Below are positions 1-11,279 of a stretch of DNA of 64,000 bases, one piece after another. The translations under genes were made by a program, and so were the position numbers. The stretch is from contig JARDVH010000084.1 of assembly GCA_030324005.1 (NCBI GenBank), forward strand, positions 39,784,585 through 39,848,584, written 5' to 3'. Every line of letters begins with the position of its first letter. The first letter of the stretch is position 1. The stretch is from Negaprion brevirostris. Lineage: Eukaryota. Below the pieces are notes generated by a model, which saw only the letters and a list, made by a program, of their open reading frames with translations, was not told the origin of the DNA and made no database searches.

Positions 1-659
1 CTCTGCTCCATTTGGCAACACAAGCCATCCTCTGGCAGGCAACTTTGTGTATACGCATCTAGTATCTTGAAAGCATCAATTCCTTGCCAAGTGCCACTAT
101 AATCCTAAAAACCCATCTTCACAGCCAACTCCTCAGTCACAGAAATAGAGTGTTTGTACTGTGCAACTTGAACCTGATCCAATTTTTCAATTGAGGTAAA
201 AAGCTGCTCCTTGCCCTCCTCTGTCTTCCTTTTCTGTGTTGCTGCCACATAACCACCTTGTTCTACTCTGGGGCAGCTGCCAGATAGACCAGCAGAAGCT
301 CCAAGCAGCACCCATCCAAGATCTGAATACAGCGTCCAAGTCCAGGTCGCCTGCTGCACAGACAGGGAATCCCCATTATGCCATCGCCAAGTTACTGTAA
401 TGTTGGACACTACCTTTGGCATTTACACTATGCTAAAGTCCTAATCAGCTCTAGTATCAATGTGATTTAATTCACTCACATTTCATTAGTCTCCTCTGAA
501 ACAAAAATAGATGTTGGCTAAGGTACAGCAGCTTGTCAATTTATTTTCCTGTTAATATTTACCAGTTGCTAATGATGTGCCAACAAACAAAGGAGCTCAA
601 GTCAGAATCCGTATTTCTACACCGTAGTACTGAAATAAAACAGACTTGAAATCTGAAGC

Positions 660-1190
660 AAAGTACGCCTGCGCAAAACCCTTTGCACTGCAGCACATGG
701 TATCTTGACGTGGCTTTCACATCAGCCATTTTATGTAATAGCAGACGCCATTTTAAGTATTCATGAAGACTGATTCCAAGTACAAGATGAGATGCTTTTC
801 TTCGGGGTGTTTGTACTTTAAGCTTATGGATTTCAAAGCCAACTTAATTTCCCTCAACATGCTGCTTTTTAAATAAAATGTAAAGTGGTTCTCCTTTTTT
901 ATGATTTACACAGATAAAGGCCTTTATGTGGCAGCCATTTTACAACTGTTTTGCTTCCCTCACTATTGTGCTCTTTAAATAAGCCTGCCAAATACAGCAA
1001 GTGAATTGTGTATTTACTGCTTGAATTGCTGGATGACATTATTGCTGCCTGTGCCAAGGAGCAGCTGCCAAATCCAGCCACATTCTCTTTTAAAAACTGA
1101 AGACAAAATCCCTGAGAACGTAGTTACAGTTTTGAACCGAGCGCTCAGCTTTGCCCTTGGCAGCCATTTTAGGTATTGGCAACCATTTTG
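660..1190. promoter_or_regulatory. Candidate regulatory island with clustered YY1-type motifs plus NRF1-like and CRE-like sites
   Basis: GCCATTTT at 725-732, 747-754 (CGCCATTTT), 934-941 and 1163-1170, ACCATTTT near 1182, TACGCCTGCGCA near 664-675 and TGACGTGG near 707; no recognisable repeat here. Confidence 0.45.
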
Positions 1191-2199
1191 AGAATTTCTC
1201 TGGCACAGCTACAGTTCACGCCGTCACACGTTAAGTGAACAGCGGGTAAGAAACCAGCTTGGTCCAAATTAAACAAGTGCAGGTAGTACAGGTATAAATT
1301 GCTTTTCTTGGCTCTGCAGAAAAACATATTTACTTCATCATGAAGTCTAGGTGCACACTATGCCACTAGATCACAGGCTATAACCACAATTCAAAGAATA
1401 TTTACTACAAACTGAACAAGTCCATTAATACTTCTTCTGTAGCACATCCTGCCAACCAAAATCTGCACATAAATTCAACAGCTAAAAGAAAGCTCTAAAT
1501 TCAGTTGCCAAATAAAATAGTCTAATTTTTTTTTTCTTTTCAACACCTTGTTGCTTTTTTGAAAAACAATTTAACCCACAAAATACTGAACGAAGGAGAT
1601 AGTAAACAGACTAAAACACAGATCAATATGCAACAGCACTTCTATTAATAATTCTTGGGTTCCAATTTCGGTGAAGAATACAACTGTAGGAAGAACATAT
1701 CAAAACGTCAAATGCACTTCTTGTGGTTAATGTGCCAATAGAAAAAAAAACCAATGGCTATATTGTTTAGACACTAGTTCTAGCTTTCTGAAGCACTATG
1801 TTGCAACCAAGAACCAAGTAATTTCTCAAACAGCTGTCATCAAAATGGTATTTGTGTGACCTTACAACCGTTCAGTTCTGCACTGGCCATATCACAAGAT
1901 TACATCAGCATGCTGTGCTGTGGGGCAACACAGGTAAACAGTGAGCACCTGATAATGCAATGGAGAATTCCTTCAGAAAATCAATACGTATATTTTTAGA
2001 ACTGTTCCCCTTCATCCTTCTCGTTGTACAGTCCTAACACACTTTTCAGAACAACTGGAAGACCATATGAACATAATGCAACCCCACGCTTGCTGCAAAA
2101 GAATAACAATTTTCAAAGCAGCGCAACCAGACAATTCTTTAACAACTTGTGTTGTGTGATCCAATTCCATCATTCTGAAGTGGTCACGTCATATTAGAA

Positions 2200-2223
2200 A
2201 CACACACACACGCACACACACAC
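2200..2223. repeat. (CA)n microsatellite
   Basis: acacacacacacgcacacacacac. Confidence 0.9.
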
Positions 2224-4809
2224 TTGTACTGAAAGACATTTTAGGTGTCAAATTTTAAAAACAGGCAAAAGAATCAAAATAATTGAAGTTTTTGATATTT
2301 TAAAATTTATTTTTGCCATTTGTTGAATGTGCCTCACAACAATTAAGTGTAATTGCTCTAATTTCTAATTGCCAAGTTTAATAACTGTACCAGAACGGAA
2401 CTGATAAACAATTTTGAACAGAAGATTTTTGAAGAATGGTAAAGTTAAACGATAGATGTGAATAAAACATCATCAAATGAACTAAATTTCAAAACAAATG
2501 TTTTTCTTTACAATGATTACTTCACTGTAAATTCCTGTCAAAAGACACACATTTGGATGTTTGGAGCACAATGTTTATGCAGACTCATTCTCAATGTTGC
2601 ATTCTACAGCTTTTTGCTGCTTGGTTGCATTTCACAAACCTTCGAAAACATTACAAATTAAAATTAATGGAATAGTGTTTCTTCTAAAATTAGGCATCAA
2701 TGCATCACAGCAATACAGAAAAGGAAACAGCATTGTTAAGGGAACAGTTCTATCAGTGAGTAAAATTTTGTGGCAAAAAGGTTAATCACTTAGAAGGAAT
2801 CAACTGTACCTACAATCTGTATCACGTTAGAATATTCAGTCAGGAAACTGATAAATTACTGTATCGATTCAGTTCTGCTTCACTTAACATAATTATAGCA
2901 CAGTAATGGATAGCATGAGTGATGTGTTTTGCTTTAGATAAGTGCTGGTAGTTAGTGGGGTATTCTGGGATATTAGAATTAAAAATTCTATTCCGATCAA
3001 GTGTCAAACTTAATTGTATTTAACCCCTTTACTGACCCATTGTGAGCTTTGCAGTGCTTTCACTGTAGCCCCATCAAACATCCCATTCAGTGTGAATCGT
3101 AATATATCGACTCTGATCTGATCCCTCTATCCCTCTCATTACACTCAATTACTGCCCAGAATAAGTCCGGACATCGGCTGGCAATGAAATCACCAGCCTG
3201 TCACGTGAGATCCATTTTCTTTCTCCCAGAGGAAGACAGGAGATTCACATCAGCCGTTGGTGCCAACCTAATACAAATCCTCCTGCTGCACAGCTTTGTA
3301 CAGATCCCTGAGTGAGGGAGGGGTGGTGGGGGAGTCCTAATGGCGGTCACTGTAAACAACTGCTGCACAATTTAGCGTGCACTCAGAAAACCAGCTGCAA
3401 ACTTGCACAATGAAGACTAATGTACAGCTGTGGCGCGAACGGGCATTTAAGCTGTGGCTCTGAGCAAGCTGCTGCTCAGCTGATCATTTTATTTGGAGAG
3501 AAACAGTTGGATGCCATTGTTTGCCATGGATTTCGTCAATAAAAGTGCAGACTTGCAGGCACATTTTGCAAACCTCAGCTAAAGCAAGCAACTTGAGAAA
3601 AAAATATTTCAGGCAAACGTTTTGATACTTCAACCACTATATCAAGGTATGCAAGCAGGCATTAATAATCCAGAGATACATCAATAAAGTCTGGTACAGG
3701 CAACAGAAAAAGTTGTAACATATGTACTTTATTTTGAGATGGAGATATGTAAAGGGCAAGATATCTTGCATTGTAAGATACATAATCAAGCGACGTCCAT
3801 CACATATATTGAGCCAGTATGTCGATTTTGTTATCTTTCGCCATTATAATATAGGGCATGGCAAACTCTTTGTATTTGACTTGATACCTGAATTATACTC
3901 CTATAGGTGGAGTTTCTCCTGCGATATCATTTATATAGCAGCAAAAACTGGAAAAAAATTGGTGACTGGGGAGGGGTGGAAGGGGGGTGGAGAGGAGCCC
4001 ACAGCGGCCTTAAACCACCAACTTGGCTATCTCTTTCTCCCTGACATCAGGGAGGTAGCCGGGTGGATGCTCACTTGCTTCAATGGCCCCGCTTCTGCTG
4101 ACATCAGGGGCCACGAGGCAAAGAGTGGCAGTGCTCCGGTGAAAGAGTGAAAATAGTAGGTCGCAGAATACCAGGCCAATGGTTGGCTTTCCTCTTCTTC
4201 CAGCTAATGGAAAGCTCTTTGGCCCCTTCAAGATCCTTTTTCATCTTCTGCTACTGACTTCTCCGTCTTCTCCCTTTTGGTGACGCGGATCTTGCTGCAA
4301 GTCAGCCAATGCATACAAAATGGGCCCAAGCCAGGGTAAAGGGCAGGGTTACAATGGGGTCAGAGCAATAGACAGGAATCCAGCTATCATCTCTCCTCTG
4401 GTGTCACTCTCGTGTTACCTCATTTACTGTTTGTAGGTGGCAAATAGAAAGCAAACACAGAAGGGGCCAAGTTCTGGTAGTTTTCTCTTAAAGGACAAGT
4501 CATAGACAGGCTGAGTCAGCTGAGGAACGTCAATTACTATCAATGAAATACTGTCACTTTATTTGATTGAACCAGTGACAACCAGATTGCTTTCTTTCTG
4601 AACGGGTGCGATTATGTGGCATCCAAACACATTACAAACCAGGTCATTAGCTTACAAAAATGTCAATCAAATAGAAAGAATGTACAGTTAATTTGGGAAA
4701 ACGGCACAATAGTGCTTTGCAGTGGAAATGTTTATACAGGATAAATAACCTGTTTACAGCTGTTCAATTAGCCAGAAGAATCAAGGTGGATAAAACAAAA
4801 ATGTAATAT

Positions 4810-4982
4810 AAAAGCAAAACCCTGCAAATGCTGAAAATCTGAAATAAAAACACAAAATGCTGGAAATATGCAGCAGGTCTGGCCGCATCCGTGGAGAGAG
4901 AAACAGATTCAAACATTAGTTGGTTTTGCTCTCCACAGATGCTGCCAGACCTGCTGAGTACTTCCAGCATTTTCTGTTTTTA
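4810..4982. mobile_element. Penelope-terminus-derived fold-back element
   Basis: ~60 bp inverted arms (AAAATGCTGGAAATATGCAGCAGGTCTGGCCGCATCCGTGGAGAG / CTCTCCACAGATGCTGCCAGACCTGCTGAGTACTTCCAGCATTTT); the same sequence follows the hammerhead motif at ~15870-15920. Confidence 0.75.
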
Positions 4983-5963
4983 CTTATTAAAGCAAATTGT
5001 CATTTTTTAACTTGTCTATTTTGGAATGAATGCTTTAAATGGAATTCTGCACCCTGCAAACGACCACTGATTGCTTGGAAATGGGCATTTTGTCACATAT
5101 CTGAAGTAAGTGTCAAAATTTGATTTAGCTCAAAAATGTTATCCCTAAAGCAGCAATCAAAGCCGGGCAATCTTTAAAACAAATTGCGGGCATTAACAAA
5201 ATAGAGGAAATCCAACCATTCTCTACTGATTTCTCCGAACCTGCAGAGCTTGCCATCTGCCCAAGGGGAGGAGCTGGGAACTTACACAAACCTCTCAGAA
5301 ATAACAAGTTGCCTCGGCACTGACCTTATTGACTGACATGCCTATTTAAATCACTCCCTCATAAGGCTGCTTGGGTTCTAAAGGGACAGGTCAGATTAAA
5401 CAAAACTCCACCTCAATCAATAAATGACACAACTCGTGCTCCTGTCTGCAGACGCTCTGAGCAATGCCACTAAAGATCAGCCAAGTTGTTACAGCCGGAC
5501 AACTGGAAGCAAACTTTTACTTGTACAATCAGCAATTCAGAACAACACCCAGAGTGTGAAGGTGAAAAGCAACTACAATCTAGAGAAATGGCACAGATTC
5601 TCCAACTAAATATCAACCCAACCACATGTCTAAGCACATTATCCCACAAAACCGGTCGGATGAGTACAAACTGAAATGTTTCAGCTTTTTTATTTTCTAC
5701 ATAAATCAAATTAAGCTTGAAAGGTTGCAAGTCATTTATGCCTGACCAAGGGTGACAACTGGAGACAAAGTAGAAACAGCATAGATCAAAATAGGGTGCG
5801 ATCTTGGATATTTCAGTGCTACTTAGCTCCGCAGCACAGTTGATTTACAACTGTAGTTAATTGTTATTGTAGACTTATTTTTGCATTTCTGTGGCTGAGT
5901 GTTGACCATGCACAGGGAAAACAAATACCAGAAGCTTTGCCATAGTCTCTATTCACTTTTATA

Positions 5964-6259
5964 CATAGAATCCCCAAAGTGCAGAAGTGGGCCATTCGGC
6001 CCATCAAGTCTGCACTAATCACAATCCCACCCAGGCCCGATCGCCATAACCCTACTAACCCCCTGACACGAAGGGGCAGTTTAGCATGGCCAATCAAACA
6101 AACCCACACATCTTTTGGAGTGTGGGCGGAAACTGGAGCACTTGGAGAAAACTCATGCAGACATGGGGAGAACGTGCAAACTCCACACAATGACAGTGGC
6201 CAAAGCTGGGAATTGAACCTTGCACCCTATCATTGTGAGGCAACAGTGCAAACAGCCCC
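5964..6259 (-). mobile_element. HE1/V-SINE-type tRNA SINE, CR1-type tail
   Basis: Minus strand has a B-box-like GGTTCAATTCC, core GTGTGGAGTTTGCACGTTCTCCCCATGTCTGC and tail GGGCCGAATGGCC...GATTCTATG. Confidence 0.9.
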
Positions 6260-6349
6260 TTGATTTATCCTGTCCAAAATGGCTGAGAACTTTCTACACA
6301 GATTAAATTATTATTCAATTGACCATCTATTCACAACATCATTTTTTTA

Positions 6350-6915
6350 TATTTGTTCTCAGAATATGATCAATTCTGGCAAGATTTTATTTATTGGCCT
6401 TTTCCTTAAACTGTTGCCACTTGTTTACTGAGAGCATCCCCACATTGGTGCAAGGGAAAGAGTATCTGGATATTGGGCCAGTGACAATAAAGGAACTGTC
6501 CACGTCAGGACAATGCCACCTGGAGATGATGATGATGTGTCCATCATATTGTTGATCTTCTCCTTCTTAATAATCTCAGCAGAAAGAGGTGCTGCCAAAG
6601 TTGTTGCAGTGCATCCTGTAGATCATACATGCTACAATCTTAGTTGCTTAGTGGTGGAGAGAATGAATGTTAAGTGCAGAAACAGGGGTACCAATTGTGC
6701 AAGCTGCCTGTTCTGGAGCTGTCGGCATTGGTATGGATGCATTAGTTCAAGCAAGTGGAAAGTAATCCTGACATGGGATTCTTGATGTTTGGGAAACAGA
6801 AGCTATAAAAAAAATTCAGTCATGGGATAGGAGTGTCCCAGGCTCAGCCTAATTTAAGTGCCTCTGAGAAGCTGGTGATGTGCTATCTTCTTGAACCGCT
6901 GCAGTACATGTGATA
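6350..6915 (-). mobile_element. Degraded CR1-group LINE 3' fragment(s)
   Basis: Diverged similarity to the LINE 3' end at 21705-22172 (CATCCTGTAGAT..., CAAGCAAGTGGA; GAGAAGCTGGTGATGTGCTATCTTCTTGAACCGCTGCAGT). Confidence 0.6.
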
Positions 6916-7149
6916 TGATGATTATATCCTTTGAGCCGACTGCAATGGTGATTTTAATAATGACACTACTTAATTTGCAGTTTTTGCAGCAAGTGATTAT
7001 TTGGATTACTTGTTTGCGGTCTTGAGCACAACCAAAATGAGACAGGTACAGTCATACAAACCATAACCATTCTGTATGGGGCTGAGAATAGGCTGGCAAA
7101 GTCCATACTGATTCTCAAAATGAACAAGACAAGTTTATGGAAAGAAAAA

Positions 7150-7345
7150 TAAAAAAATGCTCGAGAAACTCAGCAGGTCTGACAGCATCTGTGGTGAGAG
7201 AACAGAGTCAGCTCTTTCTGAGTCTTCCGGACTCAAAATATTGGCTCTATTCTCTCTCCACAAATGCTGTCAAACCTGCTGAGATTTTCCAGCATTTTCT
7301 GTTTTTGTTTCAGATTCCAGAATCTGCAGTATTTTGCCTTTATCT
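7150..7345. mobile_element. Penelope-terminus-derived fold-back element
   Basis: Inverted arms AAACTCAGCAGGTCTGACAGCATCTGTGG / CCACAAATGCTGTCAAACCTGCTGAGATTT, with a central GAGTC-TTCCG-GACTC stem resembling hammerhead stem II. Confidence 0.75.
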
Positions 7346-7454
7346 TACCATAAGTGTTCAGTATCCAGAACTATAAATGTATAACAACTTGAATATTGCC
7401 AGTGTTAGCCAAAACAATGATAAAGTACACGTTAACGTCATAAATAAATACTAT

Positions 7455-7581
7455 GGCTGGAATTTTACCAGTTTGCCCGCCTCAGGAATTGGAGTGGGTG
7501 AGGGGTGGAGCTTGGGAAGGTCTGTTGACCTCAGGCAGGATTTCATGGTTTTGGGATGAGCGAGGCAGTAAAATCCCATTC
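7455..7581. mobile_element. MITE, probably PIF/Harbinger-derived
   Basis: Imperfect TIRs GGCTGGAATTTTAC ... GTAAAATCCCATTC, flanked by TAT on both sides. Confidence 0.6.
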
Positions 7582-7617
7582 TATATCCTTTGCCAATTTT
7601 GAATATATTTATTTTTA

Positions 7618-7905
7618 AGTTTAAGCTTATTTATTAGTGTCACAAGTAGGCTTACATTAACGCTTCAATGAAGTTACTGTGAAAATTCCCTAGTCACCAC
7701 ACTCCAGTGCCTGTTCGGGTACAGTGAGGGAGAATTTAGCATGGTCAATGCACTTAACCAGCACGTATTTCGGGTTGTGGAAGGAAATTGGAGCAGCCAG
7801 AGGAAACCCACGCAGACATGGTGAGAACGTGCAGATTCTGCACAGGTAGTGACCCAAGCTGTGAATTGAACCTGGGTCACTGGCCACTGTGCCCCCGTAC
7901 CACCC
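7618..7905 (-). mobile_element. V-SINE-type tRNA SINE, alternative tail
   Basis: Same core as HE1; minus-strand tail TTTTCACAGTAACTTCATTGAAGCGTTAATGTAAGCCTACTTGTGACACTAATAAAT. Confidence 0.9.
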
Positions 7906-8034
7906 TGTTGCAGTAGTAAGCTTAACCACTGCTCAAATCACCGCACTTCCACTACTCAACTACCTACAATCCTTATCAATCAAGTCTTATACCTAACAGA
8001 CTAACTACTGTGCCGCCTCATTGACGTTATGTAG

Positions 8035-8135
8035 AAAGACAGACTTGCATTTATAAAGCACCTTTCATGACCACTGGATATTTCAAAGCACTTCTTATTA
8101 ATGACGAACCTTTGAACAATGTCGCTGTTATAATG
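8035..8135 (-). mobile_element. Deu-domain SINE 3' tail fragment
   Basis: Minus strand CATGAAAGGTGCTTTATAAATGCAAGTCTGTCTTT matches the tail of the copies at 27890 and 62156. Confidence 0.65.
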
Positions 8136-8296
8136 CCCTGAAATCATATTGATATTATGTACAACCACCAAACAAAGTTCAATTACATGGAATTAATAGC
8201 ACAGGAACAGCCCACCTGACCCAAATGCTTCATGCCATTCTTAATGCCCCACAAGACTCCTTGCACCTTATTTCCTTCCACCCTAACAACATAGCT

Positions 8297-9628
8297 TGGG
8301 ATGGCACAGTGGTTAGCTCTGCTGCCTCACAGTGCCAGAGACCCAGATTCAATTCCAACCTCGGGTCATTGTCAGTGTGGAGTTTGCACATTCTCCCTAT
8401 GTCTGTGTGGGTTTCCTTTGGGTGCTCCAGTTTCCTCCTACAGTCCATAGATGTGTGGGTTATGTTGATCGGCCACACAAAATTAATCCTAATGTCGGGG
8501 GATTAGCAGAGTAAATATGTGGAGTTACGGGGATGTGGCCTGGGTGAGACTGAAAGAGTACAATGGACACAACAAGAGTAAAAGACAGAGCGAGGTAGAG
8601 AGAAAGAGAGAGGGGGTCAGACAGACAAATAAGTAAAAGGGAGTCAGAGATGGAGCGGGAGAAGGAGAGTGAGACTGAGAGGGGGCAGGAGAGACAGAGG
8701 AAGAGGGTAGAGAGAGGGACACCAAGGGAGAGGCANNNNNNNNNNNNNNNNNNNNNNNNNNNNNNNNNNNNNNNNNNNNNNNNNNNNNNNNNNNNNNNNN
8801 NNNNNNNNNNNNNNNNNNNNNNNNNNNNNNNNNNNNNNNNNNNNNNNNNNNNNNNNNNNNNNNNNNNNNNNNNNNNNNNNNNNNNNNNNNNNNNNNNNNN
8901 NNNNNNNNNNNNNNNNNNNNNNNNNNNNNNNNNNNNNNNNNNNNNNNNNNNNNNNNNNNNNNNNNNNNNNNNNNNNNNNNNNNNNNNNNNNNNNNNNNNN
9001 NNNNNNNNNNNNNNNNNNNNNNNNNNNNNNNNNNNNNNNNNNNNNNNNNNNNNNNNNNNNNNNNNNNNNNNNNNNNNNNNNNNNNNNNNNNNNNNNNNNN
9101 NNNNNNNNNNNNNNNNNNNNNNNNNNNNNNNNNNNNNNNNNNNNNNNNNNNNNNNNNNNNNNNNNNNNNNNNNNNNNNNNNNNNNNNNNNNNNNNNNNNN
9201 NNNNNNNNNNNNNNNNNNNNNNNNNNNNNNNNNNNNNNNNNNNNNNNNNNNNNNNNNNNNNNNNNNNNNNNNNNNNNNNNNNNNNNNNNNNNNNNNNNNN
9301 NNNNNNNNNNNNNNNNNNNNNNNNNNNNNNNNNNNNNNNNNNNNNNNNNNNNNNNNNNNNNNNNNNNNNNNNNNNNNNNNNNNNNNNNNNNNNAGGAGAG
9401 ACAGAGGAAGAGGGTAGAGAGAGGGACACCAAGGGAGAGGCAAAGAGATAAACACAGAGAGAGACAGAGGCACACATAGACACAGAGCAAGAGAGTTAAG
9501 GAGAGAGATGCACAGAAACACAGAAAGAGACTGAGAGACATACTTAATGAATTTAAAGGTAACAATCAGGTGGACTTATTGGAATCTGGGCCGAATGGCC
9601 TCCTTCTGCACCACAGGGATTCTATGAT
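8297..9628 (+). mobile_element. HE1-type SINE interrupted by GA-rich repeat (SINE parts ~8297-8552 and ~9565-9628)
   Basis: A-box TGGCACAGTGGTTAGC, V-core, and tail GGGCCGAATGGCCTCCTTCTGCACCACAGGGATTCTATGA resuming after the repeat and gap. Confidence 0.85.
8553..9545. repeat. GA-rich low-complexity/minisatellite spanning an assembly gap
   Basis: Polypurine tract; the ~47 bp unit GGAGAGACAGAGGAAGAGGGTAGAGAGAGGGACACCAAGGGAGAGGCA occurs on both sides of the N-run. Confidence 0.85.
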
Positions 9629-10094
9629 ATCTTTCTATTCCTTTCTTTCTCATGTGTTTATGCAGCTTCCCCTTAAATGCATCTTTCTTATTTTCCACAA
9701 CTACTCCATGTGGCAGTGATTTCCACATTCTAACCACACTTCAAGTAAGGAGGTTTGTCCTGAATTCCTTGTTGAATTTATTCGTGACTATCTTATATTT
9801 ATATCTTCTAATTATGAATGTATGATAGCTGTATTTCTTTTCCCCTGGAGCAAGGAACAGTCGATCTTTATATTCATGGCTGACTATAGTTAGTAACTTA
9901 AATTACTGTTCCCTAAATAGAATGGCATAAATTCCTCATAATAAACTGGGGTTAATTGACTTTTGCTCACTTTCAATTAATTAGAGGTAGACTAGACAAG
10001 TTTATCTCAATGCAGATATCCAACATATTACATTTTTGGAGGCCTAAATGAATCGTTTAAACCTAAAATAAACTTCACAAAACCTCTTATGTTT

Positions 10095-10484
10095 TTCTTT
10101 CTTTATTCTTTCATGGGACATGAACATTGCTGATAAGGCCAGCATTTATTGCTCTTGAACTGAGTAGCTTGCTGGACCATTTCAGAGTACAATTAAGAGT
10201 CAATCAATTTACCATGTGTCTGGAGTCACACGTAAGCCAGGTCAGGCGAGGATGGCAGATTTCCTTCCTTAAAGGACATTAGTGGACCAGATGGGTTTTT
10301 ACAACAATCAATGATCGCTTCATGATACATTCACCATTACTGAGCTTTATGTTCTAGATTTATGAATGTAATTTTAAGCTCCACGAGTTGCCATGTTTGG
10401 ATTTGAATCCATATCTCCAAGGAATTAGTCTAGGCATCTGAATTACTGGTCCAGTGCTATTACCACTACATTATCATCTCCCCC
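10095..10484 (-). mobile_element. tRNA-derived SINE, second family (LINE-like tail)
   Basis: Minus-strand head GTAGTGGTAAT...GGATTCAAATCC; body GATTTCCTTCCTTAAAGGACATTAGTG shared with 39408-39762 and 50330-50683. Confidence 0.85.
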
Positions 10485-10494
10485 ATCAGCTCTT

Positions 10495-10985
10495 GTCAAT
10501 GGTGAGCAAGGTTTGGGAAGTCAGGAGCTGAATTACTCACTACAGAATTCCTAACTTCTGATCTGCACTTATAACCACAATGTTTATCTGGCTCAGATTC
10601 TGATGAGTTGTAACCCAGCGGATGTTGATGATGGGAATTCAATTGTGAATGGTACTGAACACTGTAAACATTCCCATTTCTGACCTCATGATGGAAGGAA
10701 GGCCATTGATGAAGCAGCTGTAGATGGTTGGGCCTAGGGCACTTCCCTCAGGAACGTCTGCAGCAATATCCTGGGGCTGAGATGATTGAAGTCTAACAAT
10801 CACAACCATCTTCCTTTTGCTTTGATTTCAACCTGTGCTGGCCCGCCCACCCTCCCACCCCACCCTGCATTTCCATTGGCTTCAATTTTACTGGGGTCCC
10901 TTGATGCCACACTTGGGCGAATTCTGTTTTCATGTTAGAGGATGGACTCCGGCCTCAGCTCTGGAGTTCAAATCCTTTGTGTTCT
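10495..10985 (-). mobile_element. CR1-group LINE reverse-transcriptase fragment
   Basis: Minus-strand translation RKMVVIV..QSSQPQDIAADVPEGSALGPTIYSCFINGLPSIMRSEMG resembles the RT motif GVPQGSVLGP..F..FINDLP. Confidence 0.8.
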
Positions 10986-11279
10986 CTCATAACTTAAAGC
11001 AGAACAGGCTCGATGGGCTGTATCCTCTCATGCTGCTACTTCTGCCTACCTGGTGACACAGTAAACAATGCTACTGTATGTGACTCTGAGGCTGAACCAT
11101 TTCTTTCGCAGGCTTTGCCACCTGTTACTTTTCTAAAAGAAGCAAAGCAATAACCTCACGCTCAGGTATTTTTTCTCCCCCTCCCCACTCGCCCCCCACC
11201 CCCGAACAGAAAATATTTGTTTCAGCTAAGTAACCGTGTTGAGATCGATCAGTACTTGTTAATGTTGATTCCTTTCCCT

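Larger units (their letters stand above)
8187..9815 (-). mobile_element. CR1 LINE 3' end split by a SINE (pieces ~8187-8292 and ~9628-9815)
   Basis: CR1-like 3' sequence (TGTGGCAGTGATTTCCACATTCTAACCAC...CCTGAATTCC) continues on both sides of the insert. Confidence 0.65.

Noticed and set aside
105-422. 105 aa minus-strand ORF, faintly reminiscent of a LINE ORF1 esterase
   Set aside because: No diagnostic motif or splice context that I can support.
3040-3075. CAGTGC-containing hairpin resembling an iron-responsive element
   Set aside because: CAGTG lies in the stem rather than the loop, and the C-bulge plus 5 bp upper stem geometry is absent.
3229-3310. Possible plus-strand exon (TTTTCTTTCTCCCAG ... 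GTGAGG)
   Set aside because: Weak donor and unrecognisable peptide; such pseudo-exons are common.
3722-4150. 142 aa plus-strand ORF
   Set aside because: No recognisable domain, and it runs across two compositionally unrelated blocks.
8297-8370. tRNA-like A/B boxes (and in other SINE heads)
   Set aside because: They continue into SINE core sequence and do not form a full cloverleaf, so they are not tRNA genes.
8460-9565. Long ORFs of 250-350 aa (also at 51.7-52.2 kb and 53.6-54.3 kb)
   Set aside because: Artefacts of N-runs and low-complexity sequence.
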